A stretch of DNA of 64,000 nt, taken from IMG/VR virus record IMGVR_UViG_2778261571_000004. One strand, 5' to 3'. This document shows, piece after piece, positions 10,068 through 22,294 of the stretch. Both the position numbers and the translations under genes were made by a program. How positions within the stretch are numbered: the first letter of the stretch is position 1; every line of letters begins with the position of its first letter. The notes beneath the pieces are model-generated. The model searched no databases. It was not told the DNA's origin and saw only the letters and a list, made by a program, of their open reading frames with translations. This stretch comes from a virus (taxonomy: Duplodnaviria; Heunggongvirae; Uroviricota; Caudoviricetes).

Positions 10068-11168
10068 ATGAGCGAGTCCAAATCGCCGGATGCCCTGAGA
10101 GCAATGGTAGCCGGTACGCTGGCTAATTTTCAGCACCCAACCCTGAAACACAACCTGACTACGCTTAAAGCGTTACACCATGTTGCGTTGATGGATGACA
10201 CACTGCATGTCGAACTAATCATGCCTTTCGTGTGGAATAAGCCTTTTGAAGACCTGAAAGAGCAATGTAGTGGTGATCTGCTCCGTATCACTGGCGCAAA
10301 GGCTATCGACTGGAAGCTGTCGTACAACATTGCCACGCTTAAGCGCGTCAAAAACCAACCAGGCATTAATGGCGTTAAGAACATTATCGCCGTCAGCTCA
10401 GGCAAGGGCGGTGTAGGCAAATCGTCCACAGCAGTAAACTTGGCACTGGCGTTGGCTGCTGAAGGTGCGAAAGTTGGTATTTTGGATGCCGATATCTACG
10501 GTCCATCAATTCCAACCATGCTGGGTGCGGAAAACCAACGTCCAACCTCACCGGACGGCACTCACATGGCACCTATCATGTCTCATGGCCTGGCAACCAA
10601 CTCAATTGGTTATCTGGTCACTGACGACAACGCGATGGTGTGGCGTGGCCCGATGGCGAGCAAGGCGTTGATGCAAATGTTGCAAGAAACCTTATGGCCG
10701 GATCTGGATTATCTGGTGCTCGACATGCCGCCAGGCACCGGTGACATTCAATTGACACTGGCGCAAAACATTCCTGTAACTGGTGCGGTTGTGGTAACTA
10801 CGCCGCAAGACATCGCGCTGATCGATGCGAAGAAAGGCATTGTGATGTTCGAAAAAGTCGAAGTGCCGGTACTAGGTATCGTCGAAAACATGAGTGTGCA
10901 TATTTGCAGTAACTGCGGTCATCACGAGCCAATTTTTGGCACCGGTGGCGCACAGAAACTGGCCGAGAAATACAACACGCAGTTGTTAGGCCAAATGCCA
11001 CTTCATATCTCTCTTCGTGAAGATCTGGATAACGGAACACCAACCGTTATTAGTCGTCCAGATAGCGAATTTACGGCTATTTATCGTGACCTCGCAGATC
11101 GCGTTGCTGCCCAAATGTATTGGCAAGGTGAAGTAATACCTGGCGAAATCGCATTCCGCGCAGTGTGA
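10068..11168 (+). CDS. apbC: Fe-S cluster carrier ATPase ApbC/Mrp
   Basis: P-loop SSGKGGVGKS, ParA/Mrp family, CxxC near C-terminal half; divergent from metG as in enterobacterial chromosomes. Confidence 0.9.
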   Translation: MSESKSPDALRAMVAGTLANFQHPTLKHNLTTLKALHHVALMDDTLHVELIMPFVWNKPFEDLKEQCSGDLLRITGAKAIDWKLSYNIATLKRVKNQPGINGVKNIIAVSSGKGGVGKSSTAVNLALALAAEGAKVGILDADIYGPSIPTMLGAENQRPTSPDGTHMAPIMSHGLATNSIGYLVTDDNAMVWRGPMASKALMQMLQETLWPDLDYLVLDMPPGTGDIQLTLAQNIPVTGAVVVTTPQDIALIDAKKGIVMFEKVEVPVLGIVENMSVHICSNCGHHEPIFGTGGAQKLAEKYNTQLLGQMPLHISLREDLDNGTPTVISRPDSEFTAIYRDLADRVAAQMYWQGEVIPGEIAFRAV

Positions 11169-11205
11169 TAAAAAGGCGGTGCAATGCACCGCCTAATCAG
11201 CTCTC

Positions 11206-11595
11206 CTACATCACGGGACAATCATCAAACTCGCCACTTCTTGCGTCGTTGATAATGTGAGTGATCACACCAAACACGGCATTGCTGCCCGTGCATCCAT
11301 CGTCATCCTTTGGCAATGCTTCCTTCTTACCGGTTCTTAAATCCTCCAGATGCTGACGTGGGTACTTCCGGTATCTTTTTACGCGATATTCCCCATCCAG
11401 AGCGCATACAAGCAGAGAACCATCAACCGGGGTAAGTGAGGAATCGACCACCAGCAATGCACCCTGTAATATTCCCTCACGATGATGACTATCAGCTGCC
11501 CTCATGAAGTAGGTCGCTGAAGGATGTCTAATTATCTGCTGATCAAGAGAAATACGGCTCTCAGCATAATCCGCCGCAGGAGAAGGGAAGCCCAT
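11206..11595 (-). CDS. UmuD'-like S24 peptidase-family protein that begins at the UmuD autocleavage site (no N-terminal arm)
   Basis: Starts M-GFPSPAADY, matching UmuD from Gly25 onward; Ser (ADSHH) and Lys (VKRYRK) of the S24 dyad are present; an in-frame stop lies 4 codons upstream of the ATG. Confidence 0.7.
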   Translation of the reverse strand: MGFPSPAADYAESRISLDQQIIRHPSATYFMRAADSHHREGILQGALLVVDSSLTPVDGSLLVCALDGEYRVKRYRKYPRQHLEDLRTGKKEALPKDDDGCTGSNAVFGVITHIINDARSGEFDDCPVM

Positions 11596-11613
11596 AGCGT
11601 TTTCACCTCAGAA

Positions 11614-11633
11614 TACTGTTTATCCATACAGTA
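11614..11633 (-). promoter_or_regulatory. LexA (SOS) box TACTGTATGGATAAACAGTA upstream of the UmuD'-like gene, approximate
   Basis: Perfect CTGT-N8-ACAG about 20 nt 5' of the GAGGTGA SD. Confidence 0.65.
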
Positions 11634-11759
11634 TACATTAAAGATGCTTGAAGTGTGCAATAGCGCGATGCTTTGCGCTCGCCTGGTGGTGCGTTATTTT
11701 TTGGCTATATCTTCTTTCTGATATACCGGATCGTTTCCTTTTGGCAGCAGGAGGCTTAA

Positions 11760-11957
11760 CTACCGGTAGTGCCGTAGCCGTTCCATGAAATAGGTGCGCA
11801 GGTTCTCAGGTTGCTCACGGGCTACCTGTTCCGCTATGACGGGTATGTTCAATCGCTCTTTGTAGGCAACCCCCCTGGCAGCCAGGTCAACGTTAACTTT
11901 ATTCCTTTCTTCCTGGCTTTTAGCTGCTATGTTCCATTCGTTCATATTAAATCCCAT
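11760..11957 (-). CDS. small hypothetical protein (65 aa)
   Basis: ORF only; no family recognised. Confidence 0.3.
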   Translation of the reverse strand: MGFNMNEWNIAAKSQEERNKVNVDLAARGVAYKERLNIPVIAEQVAREQPENLRTYFMERLRHYR

Positions 11958-12413
11958 CCAGAATAATTGAATAACGGCTATTATTTAGTCGCCGCAATAT
12001 CTTCAAAGTTTTTTTTCTCACCCCATTGCTTTTTGCGCACAGCTTATCTGGCTTGCGGTGCGCGAAATGTAAATTCGCCTTCAGAGTTATCCACAAAGTT
12101 ATGCACTTGCAACGGGGCCATTTTCCTCATACCGTGTTTGCACACACAGGAAATGGATATTTTATTAATTGAATTTTATTAAATAATAATGATAAGGAGA
12201 AAATTTGAGATGTAATCATGACATTAATAGATAGGGCCTGCATTACAGGCCCCAACTACATCAAGGAATTCACAGTTCCCTGATTTTTATACCGAAAACA
12301 TGTGCCGTAAGTTCACGTTAACGACTTTCTTTCACCGAATCCAACTATATAGAGGTTGGGTTTCTACGTCAACGTGAGAGCACGCAGCTTTACATTAGAC
12401 GAGGATTACCCTG

Positions 12414-12551
12414 ATGATTGTATTTTTTCAGTTTCTAAGTGCATTTTTAAATGCGCCTGTTCTTAGCCAAGTGCTGGCGATTGTCTTCATCGTGGTTCTG
12501 ATATGGTTTTTCAAGTCAGTGATAAACAGAGGCGTGCGCTGGCTTATTTAA
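12414..12551 (+). CDS. candidate small hydrophobic membrane peptide (about 45 aa), approximate
   Basis: ATG with GAGGA SD about 8 nt upstream; product MIVFFQFLSAFLNAPVLSQVLAIVFIVVLIWFFKSVINRGVRWLI; not in ORF track (<60 aa). Confidence 0.3.
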   Translation: MIVFFQFLSAFLNAPVLSQVLAIVFIVVLIWFFKSVINRGVRWLI

Positions 12552-13083
12552 TGTCGCGATGAGATATTAATTCCCTTGCTGTTTAACCATTTTTTGTGTG
12601 TGCTGGTGAGCGTGTGAAGGCTCAATTTGTTGCCCACCAGTATTTACTATTTCTAAGCTCCACAGTGTCACTTCCGCACAAACAACTTAGCGCGGAATCA
12701 GTATTCGGCCCAAGATGTAAAAAGCCAACCTGCGTTATGGTTCGCATTTCCAAATAGTGTTCTGAACGCCCTTGCCGGGCGCGAGATGTAGATTAGCGTT
12801 CACGCTATGCTGATATACGGCTTTAGACTTTCCATATTGCTGACAGGCTTTATCTGCGGTTTTTTGCAGGCTATCCAGCCCATACCAGCCATCAGACTGG
12901 ATGCTTACCTTTTCACCGTCATTGTATTGCACCATCGCGCACCCAAACATGGCTATCATCGCACCGACAATACCACTTTTCCAAAAAGCTCTAATTAGGT
13001 CATTCGTTACCTAATGTCCGAACTGCTAAAGCATCCAAGTTGCTGTAGAATCACCGCCAATTACATAAGCCTGAAATAAGTGG

Positions 13084-14642
13084 ATGAAAATGACAAGTAT
13101 TCAACAACGTGCAGAGCTTCATCGTCAAATCTGGCAAATTGCTAACGATGTCAGGGGTTCGGTCGATGGATGGGATTTTAAGCAATACGTTCTGGGCGCA
13201 CTTTTCTACCGTTTTATCAGCGAAAATTTTTCCAGTTATATTGAAGCCGGTGATGACAGTATCTGTTATGCGAAACTGGATGACAGCGTAATTACTGATG
13301 ACATTAAAGACGATGCCATCAAAACTAAAGGCTACTTCATCTACCCCAGTCAGCTTTTCTGCAACGTAGCTGCGAAAGCAAATACTAATGACAGACTGAA
13401 TGCAGATTTAAACAGCATCTTCGTTGCTATCGAAAGTTCTGCTTACGGTTATCCTTCAGAAGCAGACATCAAAGGTTTGTTTGCTGATTTCGATACCACC
13501 AGTAACCGCCTGGGTAACACCGTTAAAGATAAAAATGCCCGCCTGGCTGCGGTTCTGAAAGGGGTTGAAGGGTTAAAACTTGGTGACTTCAACGAACATC
13601 AGATTGACCTGTTCGGTGATGCCTATGAGTTCCTGATTTCTAACTATGCGGCAAATGCCGGTAAGTCAGGCGGTGAGTTCTTTACACCGCAGCACGTCTC
13701 CAGGCTGATTGCACAACTGGCAATGCATGGCCAGACCCACGTTAACAAAATCTACGACCCGGCAGCGGGTTCCGGCTCACTGTTGTTGCAGGCGAAAAAA
13801 CAGTTTGATAACCACATCATCGAAGAAGGCTTTTTCGGTCAGGAAATCAACCATACGACCTATAACCTGGCGCGTATGAACATGTTTTTGCACAATATCA
13901 ACTACGACAAGTTTGATATCAAGCTGGGTAATACACTGACTGAGCCGCACTTCAGAGATGAAAAACCGTTTGACGCCATCGTATCTAACCCACCGTATTC
14001 GGTGAAATGGATTGGCAGCGATGACCCGACGCTGATTAACGATGAGCGTTTTGCCCCGGCTGGCGTTCTGGCCCCCAAATCCAAAGCTGACTTTGCGTTT
14101 GTATTACATGCACTGAACTATCTTTCTGCCAAAGGTCGTGCTGCGATTGTCTGCTTCCCGGGTATTTTTTACCGTGGCGGCGCGGAGCAGAAAATCCGTC
14201 AGTATCTGGTCGATAATAACTATGTCGAAACCGTGATTTCACTGGCACCGAACCTGTTCTTTGGCACCACCATTGCAGTAAACATTCTGGTGCTGTCTAA
14301 ACATAAAACGGATACCAACGTTCAGTTTATTGACGCCAGCGAACTGTTCAAAAAAGAGACTAACAACAATATCCTGACCGATGCCCATATCGAACAGATT
14401 ATGCAGGTATTTGCCAGCAAGGAAGATGTTGCTCATCTGGCGAAATCTGTCACGTTTGAGACCGTTGTCGCGAATGACTATAACCTGTCGGTAAGCAGCT
14501 ATGTGGAAGCGAAAGATACTCGCGAAATTATCGATATCGCTGAGTTGAATGCAGAACTGAAAACCACGGTCAGCAAAATCGACCAGTTGCGTAAAGATAT
14601 TGATGCGATTGTGGCTGAAATTGAAGGCTGCGAGGTGCAGAA

Positions 14643-14646
<4 letters not shown>
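13084..14646 (+). CDS. hsdM: Type I restriction-modification methyltransferase subunit HsdM (Type IC, EcoR124-family)
   Basis: 520 aa; NPPY catalytic motif (NPPYSVKW), AdoMet motif [10 protein letters not shown]; matches my recollection of EcoR124 HsdM. Confidence 0.9.
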
Positions 14647-15890
<1,244 letters not shown>

Positions 15891-16011
15891 TTGACCATTG
15901 CTACCGACCGGGCCACCTTAACACCCGGTCTGTATATAGACTATTTTTTACGCGCCGGAAGTCACTCTTAACGCCCTTCCGGCCCTTGCCAGGCGGCACA
16001 AAGGATGCGCT

Positions 16012-19000
16012 ATGACTCATCAAACACACACCATTGCTGAATCCAATAACTTTATCGTCCTTGATAAGTACATCAAAGCTGAGCAAACAAGCGACAGCTA
16101 CCAGAGCGAATCGGACCTGGAACGTGAACTGATTCAGGACCTGCGGAATCAGGGTTATGAATTTATTTCCGTAAAATCACAGTCGGCAATGCTGTCCAAT
16201 GTTCGGGAACAGCTTCAGAGCCTCAATGGTGTGATGTTTAATGACAGCGAGTGGCGGCGCTTCACGGAGCAGTATCTGGACAATCCCAGCGATGGTATTC
16301 TGGATAAGACCCGTAAAATCCATATCGACTATATCTGCGACTTTATTTTTGACGACGGGCGTCTTGAGAACATCTATCTGATCGATAAAAAGAATCTCAT
16401 GCGCAACAAAGTGCAGATTATCCAGCAGTTTGAACAGGCAGGTTCTCATGCTAACCGTTATGACGTCACGATCCTGGTTAATGGCTTGCCTCTGGTGCAA
16501 ATCGAACTGAAAAAGCGCGGCGTGGCGATTCGTGAGGCTTTCAACCAGATACATCGTTACAGTAAAGAGAGTTTTAACAGCGAAAACTCCCTGTTTAAGT
16601 ATCTGCAACTGTTTGTCATTTCTAACGGCACCGATACCCGTTATTTTGCCAACACAACAAAGCGCGATAAAAACAGTTTTGATTTCACCATGAACTGGGC
16701 GAAATCAGACAACACGCTGATTAAAGACCTCAAAGACTTTACCGCTACCTTTTTCCAGAAACATACTCTGCTGAATGTTCTGGTGAACTACAGCGTGTTT
16801 GACAGTAGTCAGACGCTACTGGTGATGCGACCGTACCAGATTGCCGCCACCGAGCGCATTCTGTGGAAAATTAAGAGCTCCTTTACAGCGAAGAACTGGT
16901 CAAAACCGGAAAGCGGTGGGTATATCTGGCACACTACCGGTTCTGGTAAAACCCTTACCAGCTTTAAAGCCGCGCGTCTGGCAACAGAGCTGGACTTTAT
17001 TGATAAAGTCTTCTTTGTGGTCGACAGAAAAGACCTCGATTACCAGACCATGAAGGAATATCAGCGTTTTTCGCCAGACAGCGTCAACGGCTCGGAAAAT
17101 ACCGCAGGCCTTAAACGAAATCTGGATAAGGACGATAACAAAATTATCGTCACTACTATTCAGAAACTCAATAACCTGATGAAAGCAGAAAGCGACCTGC
17201 CTGTATATAATCAGCAAGTGGTGTTCATATTTGATGAATGCCACCGCAGCCAGTTTGGAGAAGCGCAGAAAAACCTGAAGAAGAAATTCAAACGCTATTA
17301 TCAGTTTGGTTTTACCGGCACCCCTATTTTCCCGGAAAACGCCTTAGGCTCAGAAACAACCGCCAGCGTATTTGGTCGTGAATTGCATTCGTATGTAATT
17401 ACCGATGCGATTCGTGACGAAAAAGTGCTCAAATTCAAGGTGGACTACAACGATGTGCGGCCACAGTTTAAGTCTTTAGAGACAGAAACTGACGAGAAAA
17501 AACTAAGTGCGGCTGAAAATCAGCAGGCGTTTCTTCATCCCATGCGTATTCAGGAAATCACGCAATATATTCTGAATAATTTCCGCCAGAAAACTCACCG
17601 TACCTTCCCTGGCTCAAAAGGTTTTAATGCTATGTTGGCAGTGAGCAGCGTGGATGCCGCGAAAGCCTATTATGCGACGTTTAAACGGTTACAAGAAGAA
17701 GCCGCTAATAAATCGGCTACCTATAAACCGCTGCGTATTGCGACAATCTTCTCCTTTGCCGCTAATGAAGAACAAAATGCCATTGGTGAAATTTCCGATG
17801 AAACTTTTGATACCAGCGCAATGGACAGCAGTGCTAAAGAGTTTCTGGACGCTGCAATTCGTGAATATAACAGCCATTTTAAAACTAACTTTAGCACCGA
17901 CAGTAACGGTTTTCAGAACTACTATCGTGATTTAGCCCAGCGGGTTAAAAATCAGGATATCGATCTGTTAATTGTCGTTGGGATGTTTTTAACCGGCTTC
18001 GACGCTCCAACATTGAACACGCTATTCGTCGATAAAAACTTGCGTTTTCACGGCCTGATGCAGGCATTTTCCCGCACCAACCGTATTTATGATGCAACTA
18101 AAACCTTCGGTAATATCGTCACTTTCCGGGATCTGGAACGCTCAACCATCGATGCCATAACGCTGTTTGGTGACAAAAACACCAAAAATGTAGTGTTAGA
18201 AAAGAGTTATGCAGAGTATATGGAAGGCTTTACTGATGCTGCTACAGGTGAAGCTAAACGCGGCTTTATGGCAGTAGTTTCAGAACTGGAACAACGGTTC
18301 CCTGACCCTGCCAGTATTGAAAGTGAAAAAGAGAAGAAAGACTTCGTTAAACTGTTTGGCGAATACCTGCGTGCCGAGAACATCCTGCAAAACTATGATG
18401 AATTTGCCACGCTGAAAGCCCTGCAACAAATCGATCTTAGCGATCCTGTTGCGGTAGAAAAATTCAAAGAAGAACATTATGTGGATGATGAAAAGTTCGC
18501 TGAATTGCAAACGATTCGTCTCCCTGCTGAACGCAAGATTCAGGATTATCGTTCTGCCTATAACGATATTCGTGACTGGCAGCGCCGCGAGAAAGAAGCT
18601 GATAAAAAAGAAAAATCAACCACTGACTGGGATGACGTGGTTTTTGAGGTCGATTTGCTGAAGTCTCAGGAAATAAACCTGGATTATATCCTTGGACTGA
18701 TTTTCGAACACAACAGACAAAATAAAGGCAAGGGCGAAATGATCGAAGAGGTCAAACGCTTAATTCGTTCAAGCCTGGGGAACCGGGCGAAAGAGGGCCT
18801 GGTGGTCGATTTTATTCAGCAAACGAACCTGGATGATTTACCAGACAAAGCCAGCATCATTGACGCGTTCTTTACCTTTGCTCAACACGAACAGCTACGT
18901 GAAGCAGAAGCGTTGATTAAAGAAGAAAATCTCAATGAAGAGGCGGCGAAACGCTATATTCGCACGTCTTTAAAACGCGAATACGCCACCGAAAATGGCA

Positions 19001-19128
19001 CAGAATTAAACGAGACATTACCAAAACTTAGTCCGTTAAACCCGCAATATAAAACGAAAAAACAGACGGTTTTCCAGAAAATCGTCACGTTTATTGAAAA
19101 GTTCAAAGGAGTAGGTGGGCAGATATAG
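16012..19128 (+). CDS. hsdR: Type I restriction endonuclease subunit HsdR (Type IC)
   Basis: 1038 aa; SF2 helicase motifs (TGSGKT, DECH) and N-terminal nuclease domain; length matches EcoR124 HsdR as I recall it. Confidence 0.9.
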   Translation: MTHQTHTIAESNNFIVLDKYIKAEQTSDSYQSESDLERELIQDLRNQGYEFISVKSQSAMLSNVREQLQSLNGVMFNDSEWRRFTEQYLDNPSDGILDKTRKIHIDYICDFIFDDGRLENIYLIDKKNLMRNKVQIIQQFEQAGSHANRYDVTILVNGLPLVQIELKKRGVAIREAFNQIHRYSKESFNSENSLFKYLQLFVISNGTDTRYFANTTKRDKNSFDFTMNWAKSDNTLIKDLKDFTATFFQKHTLLNVLVNYSVFDSSQTLLVMRPYQIAATERILWKIKSSFTAKNWSKPESGGYIWHTTGSGKTLTSFKAARLATELDFIDKVFFVVDRKDLDYQTMKEYQRFSPDSVNGSENTAGLKRNLDKDDNKIIVTTIQKLNNLMKAESDLPVYNQQVVFIFDECHRSQFGEAQKNLKKKFKRYYQFGFTGTPIFPENALGSETTASVFGRELHSYVITDAIRDEKVLKFKVDYNDVRPQFKSLETETDEKKLSAAENQQAFLHPMRIQEITQYILNNFRQKTHRTFPGSKGFNAMLAVSSVDAAKAYYATFKRLQEEAANKSATYKPLRIATIFSFAANEEQNAIGEISDETFDTSAMDSSAKEFLDAAIREYNSHFKTNFSTDSNGFQNYYRDLAQRVKNQDIDLLIVVGMFLTGFDAPTLNTLFVDKNLRFHGLMQAFSRTNRIYDATKTFGNIVTFRDLERSTIDAITLFGDKNTKNVVLEKSYAEYMEGFTDAATGEAKRGFMAVVSELEQRFPDPASIESEKEKKDFVKLFGEYLRAENILQNYDEFATLKALQQIDLSDPVAVEKFKEEHYVDDEKFAELQTIRLPAERKIQDYRSAYNDIRDWQRREKEADKKEKSTTDWDDVVFEVDLLKSQEINLDYILGLIFEHNRQNKGKGEMIEEVKRLIRSSLGNRAKEGLVVDFIQQTNLDDLPDKASIIDAFFTFAQHEQLREAEALIKEENLNEEAAKRYIRTSLKREYATENGTELNETLPKLSPLNPQYKTKKQTVFQKIVTFIEKFKGVGGQI

Positions 19129-19186
19129 TGTATTAATCTGAACCAGATCTGGCAGATATCTGTGCAAATTGCAGATAGCTGTCAGA

Positions 19187-19663
19187 TCAAGCCATCGTAG
19201 GGATGTCTGTATCCACTTTGAACTCCGGTACACCAACGAACTCTTTAACCTTCATCTGATAGCCGGTTCTGTCAGTTTTGATGACTTCCTGCTTGCCCTC
19301 GATAAATTGCTCACGCCACTCGTCGCGACGGGAAGCTGGCATGATCAGCAAAACGTTAGTCATATCCGTGACCTTCCTCCAGTACTCGGCCCAAATATTC
19401 TGTTTCACCCATTCCAGATCGACTTTATCCAGCCAAGCTCGATTCAAACGTGAGCGTTCTTCATCTGGTCGATGGTTCAGTTGCAGCAGGCGATTAATCA
19501 TGTTGTGGCGTTCGTCGCCATAAACGAAGTCGTGAACCTGATACATGAAGGCGATCTCTTTCTCGCACTCGGCTACGATTTCGTGGATGACGTTCATTTC
19601 CTGACGATAATCGATAGCAGTGTTTGAGTTGGTATCGTCGATGATGGAAAGAGCTGTATTCAT
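19187..19663 (-). CDS. hypothetical protein (158 aa), convergent with hsdR
   Basis: ORF only; weak SD; no motif-1 or motif-2 upstream. Confidence 0.45.
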   Translation of the reverse strand: MNTALSIIDDTNSNTAIDYRQEMNVIHEIVAECEKEIAFMYQVHDFVYGDERHNMINRLLQLNHRPDEERSRLNRAWLDKVDLEWVKQNIWAEYWRKVTDMTNVLLIMPASRRDEWREQFIEGKQEVIKTDRTGYQMKVKEFVGVPEFKVDTDIPTMA

Positions 19664-19766
19664 AATTGCACCATTAAGAAAAGATTTGTTTAATAGTGCA
19701 ATTATTTCAAAAATGAAAAGGTGCTAAATAGAAATTAACAGGCAATCCTTTAAATAAAGGTATTTG

Positions 19767-20381
19767 CTAATCATACTTTGAGGTATTTATAACCAGGATT
19801 TTGTTTGTATAAATCTTCTTAATATCCCATGTGACATTACCGGAATACCATTGACCGTTATATACTTGGTTTCCAGTTGCACCGGTCATAGTTACATAGA
19901 CAGGTCTGTCGTAATCGGTTCGTCTATAGTTATAAACCCCAACCATAGCAGGCATTACTGCGCACGGATACCCCATATCTATTGTAAATTGTGGGTCAGT
20001 AATAGTGATAAGTTTTGCATCAAGGGGCATCATCTCACCGTGATACACCATTGCGCCTGCGCTGTTATACATGGCAATGCCATAGCCAGAATGTGGTAAC
20101 ACCATATCAGAAAAAGCATAAACTGTTATTGTTCCGGGGCTACCATTTACCTGATGCAATCTGAGAGCATTGTATCCGTTACTATGTTCATGAATAAACA
20201 TCATGTTCGCCTTATTGCTGCTTTTTATGAAGAAAAAGCATGATTTGTTTGATGGGATTGATGTTTGAAAAACAGAACCTTTAGATGTAGACATTGTCCC
20301 TTTATTAATCAGATTTTGCGGAGTAAATTCAGGACTCATCCACAAACTTCCATCTGATTGAGTAATTGACATCCCGAACAT
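19767..20381 (-). CDS. hypothetical N/T/Y/G-rich protein (start at Met20 of track ORF 19767..20438)
   Basis: ATG lies 2 nt after the stop of 20384..20665; AT-rich region distinct in composition from neighbours. Confidence 0.4.
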   Translation of the reverse strand: MFGMSITQSDGSLWMSPEFTPQNLINKGTMSTSKGSVFQTSIPSNKSCFFFIKSSNKANMMFIHEHSNGYNALRLHQVNGSPGTITVYAFSDMVLPHSGYGIAMYNSAGAMVYHGEMMPLDAKLITITDPQFTIDMGYPCAVMPAMVGVYNYRRTDYDRPVYVTMTGATGNQVYNGQWYSGNVTWDIKKIYTNKILVINTSKYD

Positions 20382-20383
20382 AA

Positions 20384-20665
20384 TTATCCCCAGTATGTGT
20401 ATATGTAAGAACCAAGCCCCGTATATAAATTTGACCAACTAACCGTATTTCCATTAATAGTAACATTTGGAACAGGTAAATTGATGTAGTTGTCGTTGTT
20501 AAGAGGCATTAATGACCACACGGCATGTAGTGATTTACCCGGTGGCGGATTAGAGTACGTCTTAGAGCCTGATGACGCCGTAAATCGATCAAGAAAAAAA
20601 ATAGGTGTAAGGAAGCCAGTAACGTTAATTCCTTTATTGTTGTAAATCCCTGTACCGTATGCCAT
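20384..20665 (-). CDS. hypothetical N/T/Y/G-rich protein (93 aa)
   Basis: ORF tightly coupled to downstream ORF; AT-rich. Confidence 0.4.
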   Translation of the reverse strand: MAYGTGIYNNKGINVTGFLTPIFFLDRFTASSGSKTYSNPPPGKSLHAVWSLMPLNNDNYINLPVPNVTINGNTVSWSNLYTGLGSYIYTYWG

Positions 20666-20719
20666 TTTTCACCCTTGTTTTTATCAACACAATATGGCCG
20701 ATCATGCGGCCATATCAGA

Positions 20720-21289
20720 TCAATTAGAGCTTTGAAAGACTTTGTGTGGTTGTGTTGCGAGGTTATGTCGATGGCTTAACTCACGCATCATGTCTTCAAG
20801 GCGACTCTTTGTGTCGTCGAGTTGGTCGGCCATTGCTCCCAAAAGCTGACGAACGGCCATCGGATCATCGCTGTTTAGTGATGGCATTTTATAACCCGCC
20901 TGAGAAGACATAAGATTGAACGCAGACATCAACATCGTTAGAGAGGATTTAAGCCCAGCAATTTCACGATCTTTGCTGGCAATAATCGTCTCACTCTTGT
21001 TAGTGTCATCAGTTCGTTGAGTCTCGCTCACCATATCCAAAGTCGCCTGCAACTTATCAGCGCGCTCTTTTTCAGCAAGATAATGAACACCGAAATGATG
21101 TGCTAAAGCTACAACCTGAGTTGGCTCTTCAAAGGTGGACTCAAAATTAAGTGCTGTAACCACTCTCTCAAATATGGAAACGTCTTCTATTCCTCGAAGA
21201 ATGGCTAACATTTTGACCAGTTCATTAGCATCCATTTCTTCGAATAAGGCGTTTTGTTCATCAGCTATCGCTTTGCATTTCTTACACAT
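20720..21289 (-). CDS. hypothetical protein (189 aa)
   Basis: AGGAAAAACAC-ATG initiation context shared by backbone genes; motif-1 upstream. Confidence 0.5.
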   Translation of the reverse strand: MCKKCKAIADEQNALFEEMDANELVKMLAILRGIEDVSIFERVVTALNFESTFEEPTQVVALAHHFGVHYLAEKERADKLQATLDMVSETQRTDDTNKSETIIASKDREIAGLKSSLTMLMSAFNLMSSQAGYKMPSLNSDDPMAVRQLLGAMADQLDDTKSRLEDMMRELSHRHNLATQPHKVFQSSN

Positions 21290-21304
21290 GTGTTTTTCCT
21301 AATT

Positions 21305-21325
21305 CTTAAACAAGTTGTTTTCTTA
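21305..21325 (-). promoter_or_regulatory. motif-1 palindrome (TTAAACAAGTTGTTTTCTTA), approximate
   Basis: Recurrent motif 5' of SD. Confidence 0.45.
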
Positions 21326-21586
21326 TTGGCTTTATTGTGATGTGGCATAAAAGGGGAGCAAGCTAAACGTAAAGGTGCAAACTCTCTATTTCGGTCAACG
21401 AAACACAAGGGCCATTTGGCCCTTGTCATTAACACGTTGCTTTACGGACTAGCGGATAAGCGAAGTAGATCGCCAGACCAATGAGGACGCCATCAGAAAT
21501 GACAGACATCATCTTTCCCGTAAAATCCACCAACACCGCCATCACCAGAAGAGCAATGACGGTCACAAGCCGGAATCTCTCAAGCA

Positions 21587-22012
21587 TTAGAGATAAGCAT
21601 CCAGTGACAACTGAAGCGCCTGGGCGATCTTTTTCAGTGCCTGCTCTTCTTGTTCACCAATGCCGTCCTGGTCGGCAATATCAAGGCACAGACACAGAAC
21701 ATCGACCGCCTCTGGAGTGCCCGCAATATCAGCCAGCTCACGCATAGCCTGCGCATTCGCAGAACGAGGGGACGCTTCGTAACGAGCACGGATATTGGCG
21801 CTCATTTGGGCAATTTCACCAGCAAACGGAGAAAACGCAGGCAGAGCTGCAATTGTCTTCTCAAGAATGGCAATTTCTTTTGCGTCACATGTGCCGTCGG
21901 CATAGGAGATCATGTACGCGCCCCACACGGTGGCCTCAACCGCATCACGGTTCTCCATTTTTTTGACTTCGATAACAGCTTTACGAGTTTTCTTTTTGAA
22001 GAAACCTAACAT
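21587..22012 (-). CDS. TerB-like domain protein (tentative)
   Basis: Segment YADGTCDAKEIAILEKTIAAL resembles TerB-type acidic motif; weak, from memory. Confidence 0.35.
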   Translation of the reverse strand: MLGFFKKKTRKAVIEVKKMENRDAVEATVWGAYMISYADGTCDAKEIAILEKTIAALPAFSPFAGEIAQMSANIRARYEASPRSANAQAMRELADIAGTPEAVDVLCLCLDIADQDGIGEQEEQALKKIAQALQLSLDAYL

Positions 22013-22033
22013 GTGTTTTCCTTTTGTTATTTG

Positions 22034-22052
22034 TCAAAACAAGTTGTTTTAT
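22034..22052 (-). promoter_or_regulatory. motif-1 palindrome (AAAACAAGTTGTTTT), approximate
   Basis: Recurrent motif. Confidence 0.45.
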
Positions 22053-22105
22053 AGTTTCATAAATTGCTTACGCAAAGATGGTCAATGCATATGCACTAAC
22101 AGCCG

Positions 22106-22294
22106 TCAGAAATAACCAAGTACCGAACCGACTGGAAAAACAAAAATCCCTACTACACGAGCCAGAGTCATGCCAGCCTGAAACTTGAGATCACCTGAGC
22201 AAACGAGTTTTATAATGTTGGATACCCAACCGGCGGCCATGAGAGCCAGAATTGCCAGCCAAATTTTCCCAAAGTGATTTGAAAGCCAGTTCAT
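22106..22294 (-). CDS. small membrane protein (62 aa)
   Basis: Hydrophobic segments; AAGGTGG SD; ATGA overlap with stop of 22291..22542. Confidence 0.45.
   Translation of the reverse strand: MNWLSNHFGKIWLAILALMAAGWVSNIIKLVCSGDLKFQAGMTLARVVGIFVFPVGSVLGYF

Noticed and set aside
19767-20665. Single frameshifted pseudogene spanning both ORFs
   Set aside because: The first ORF ends with TAA and the second has an ATG 2 nt downstream with an SD-like sequence; two coupled genes explain the data without invoking a frameshift.
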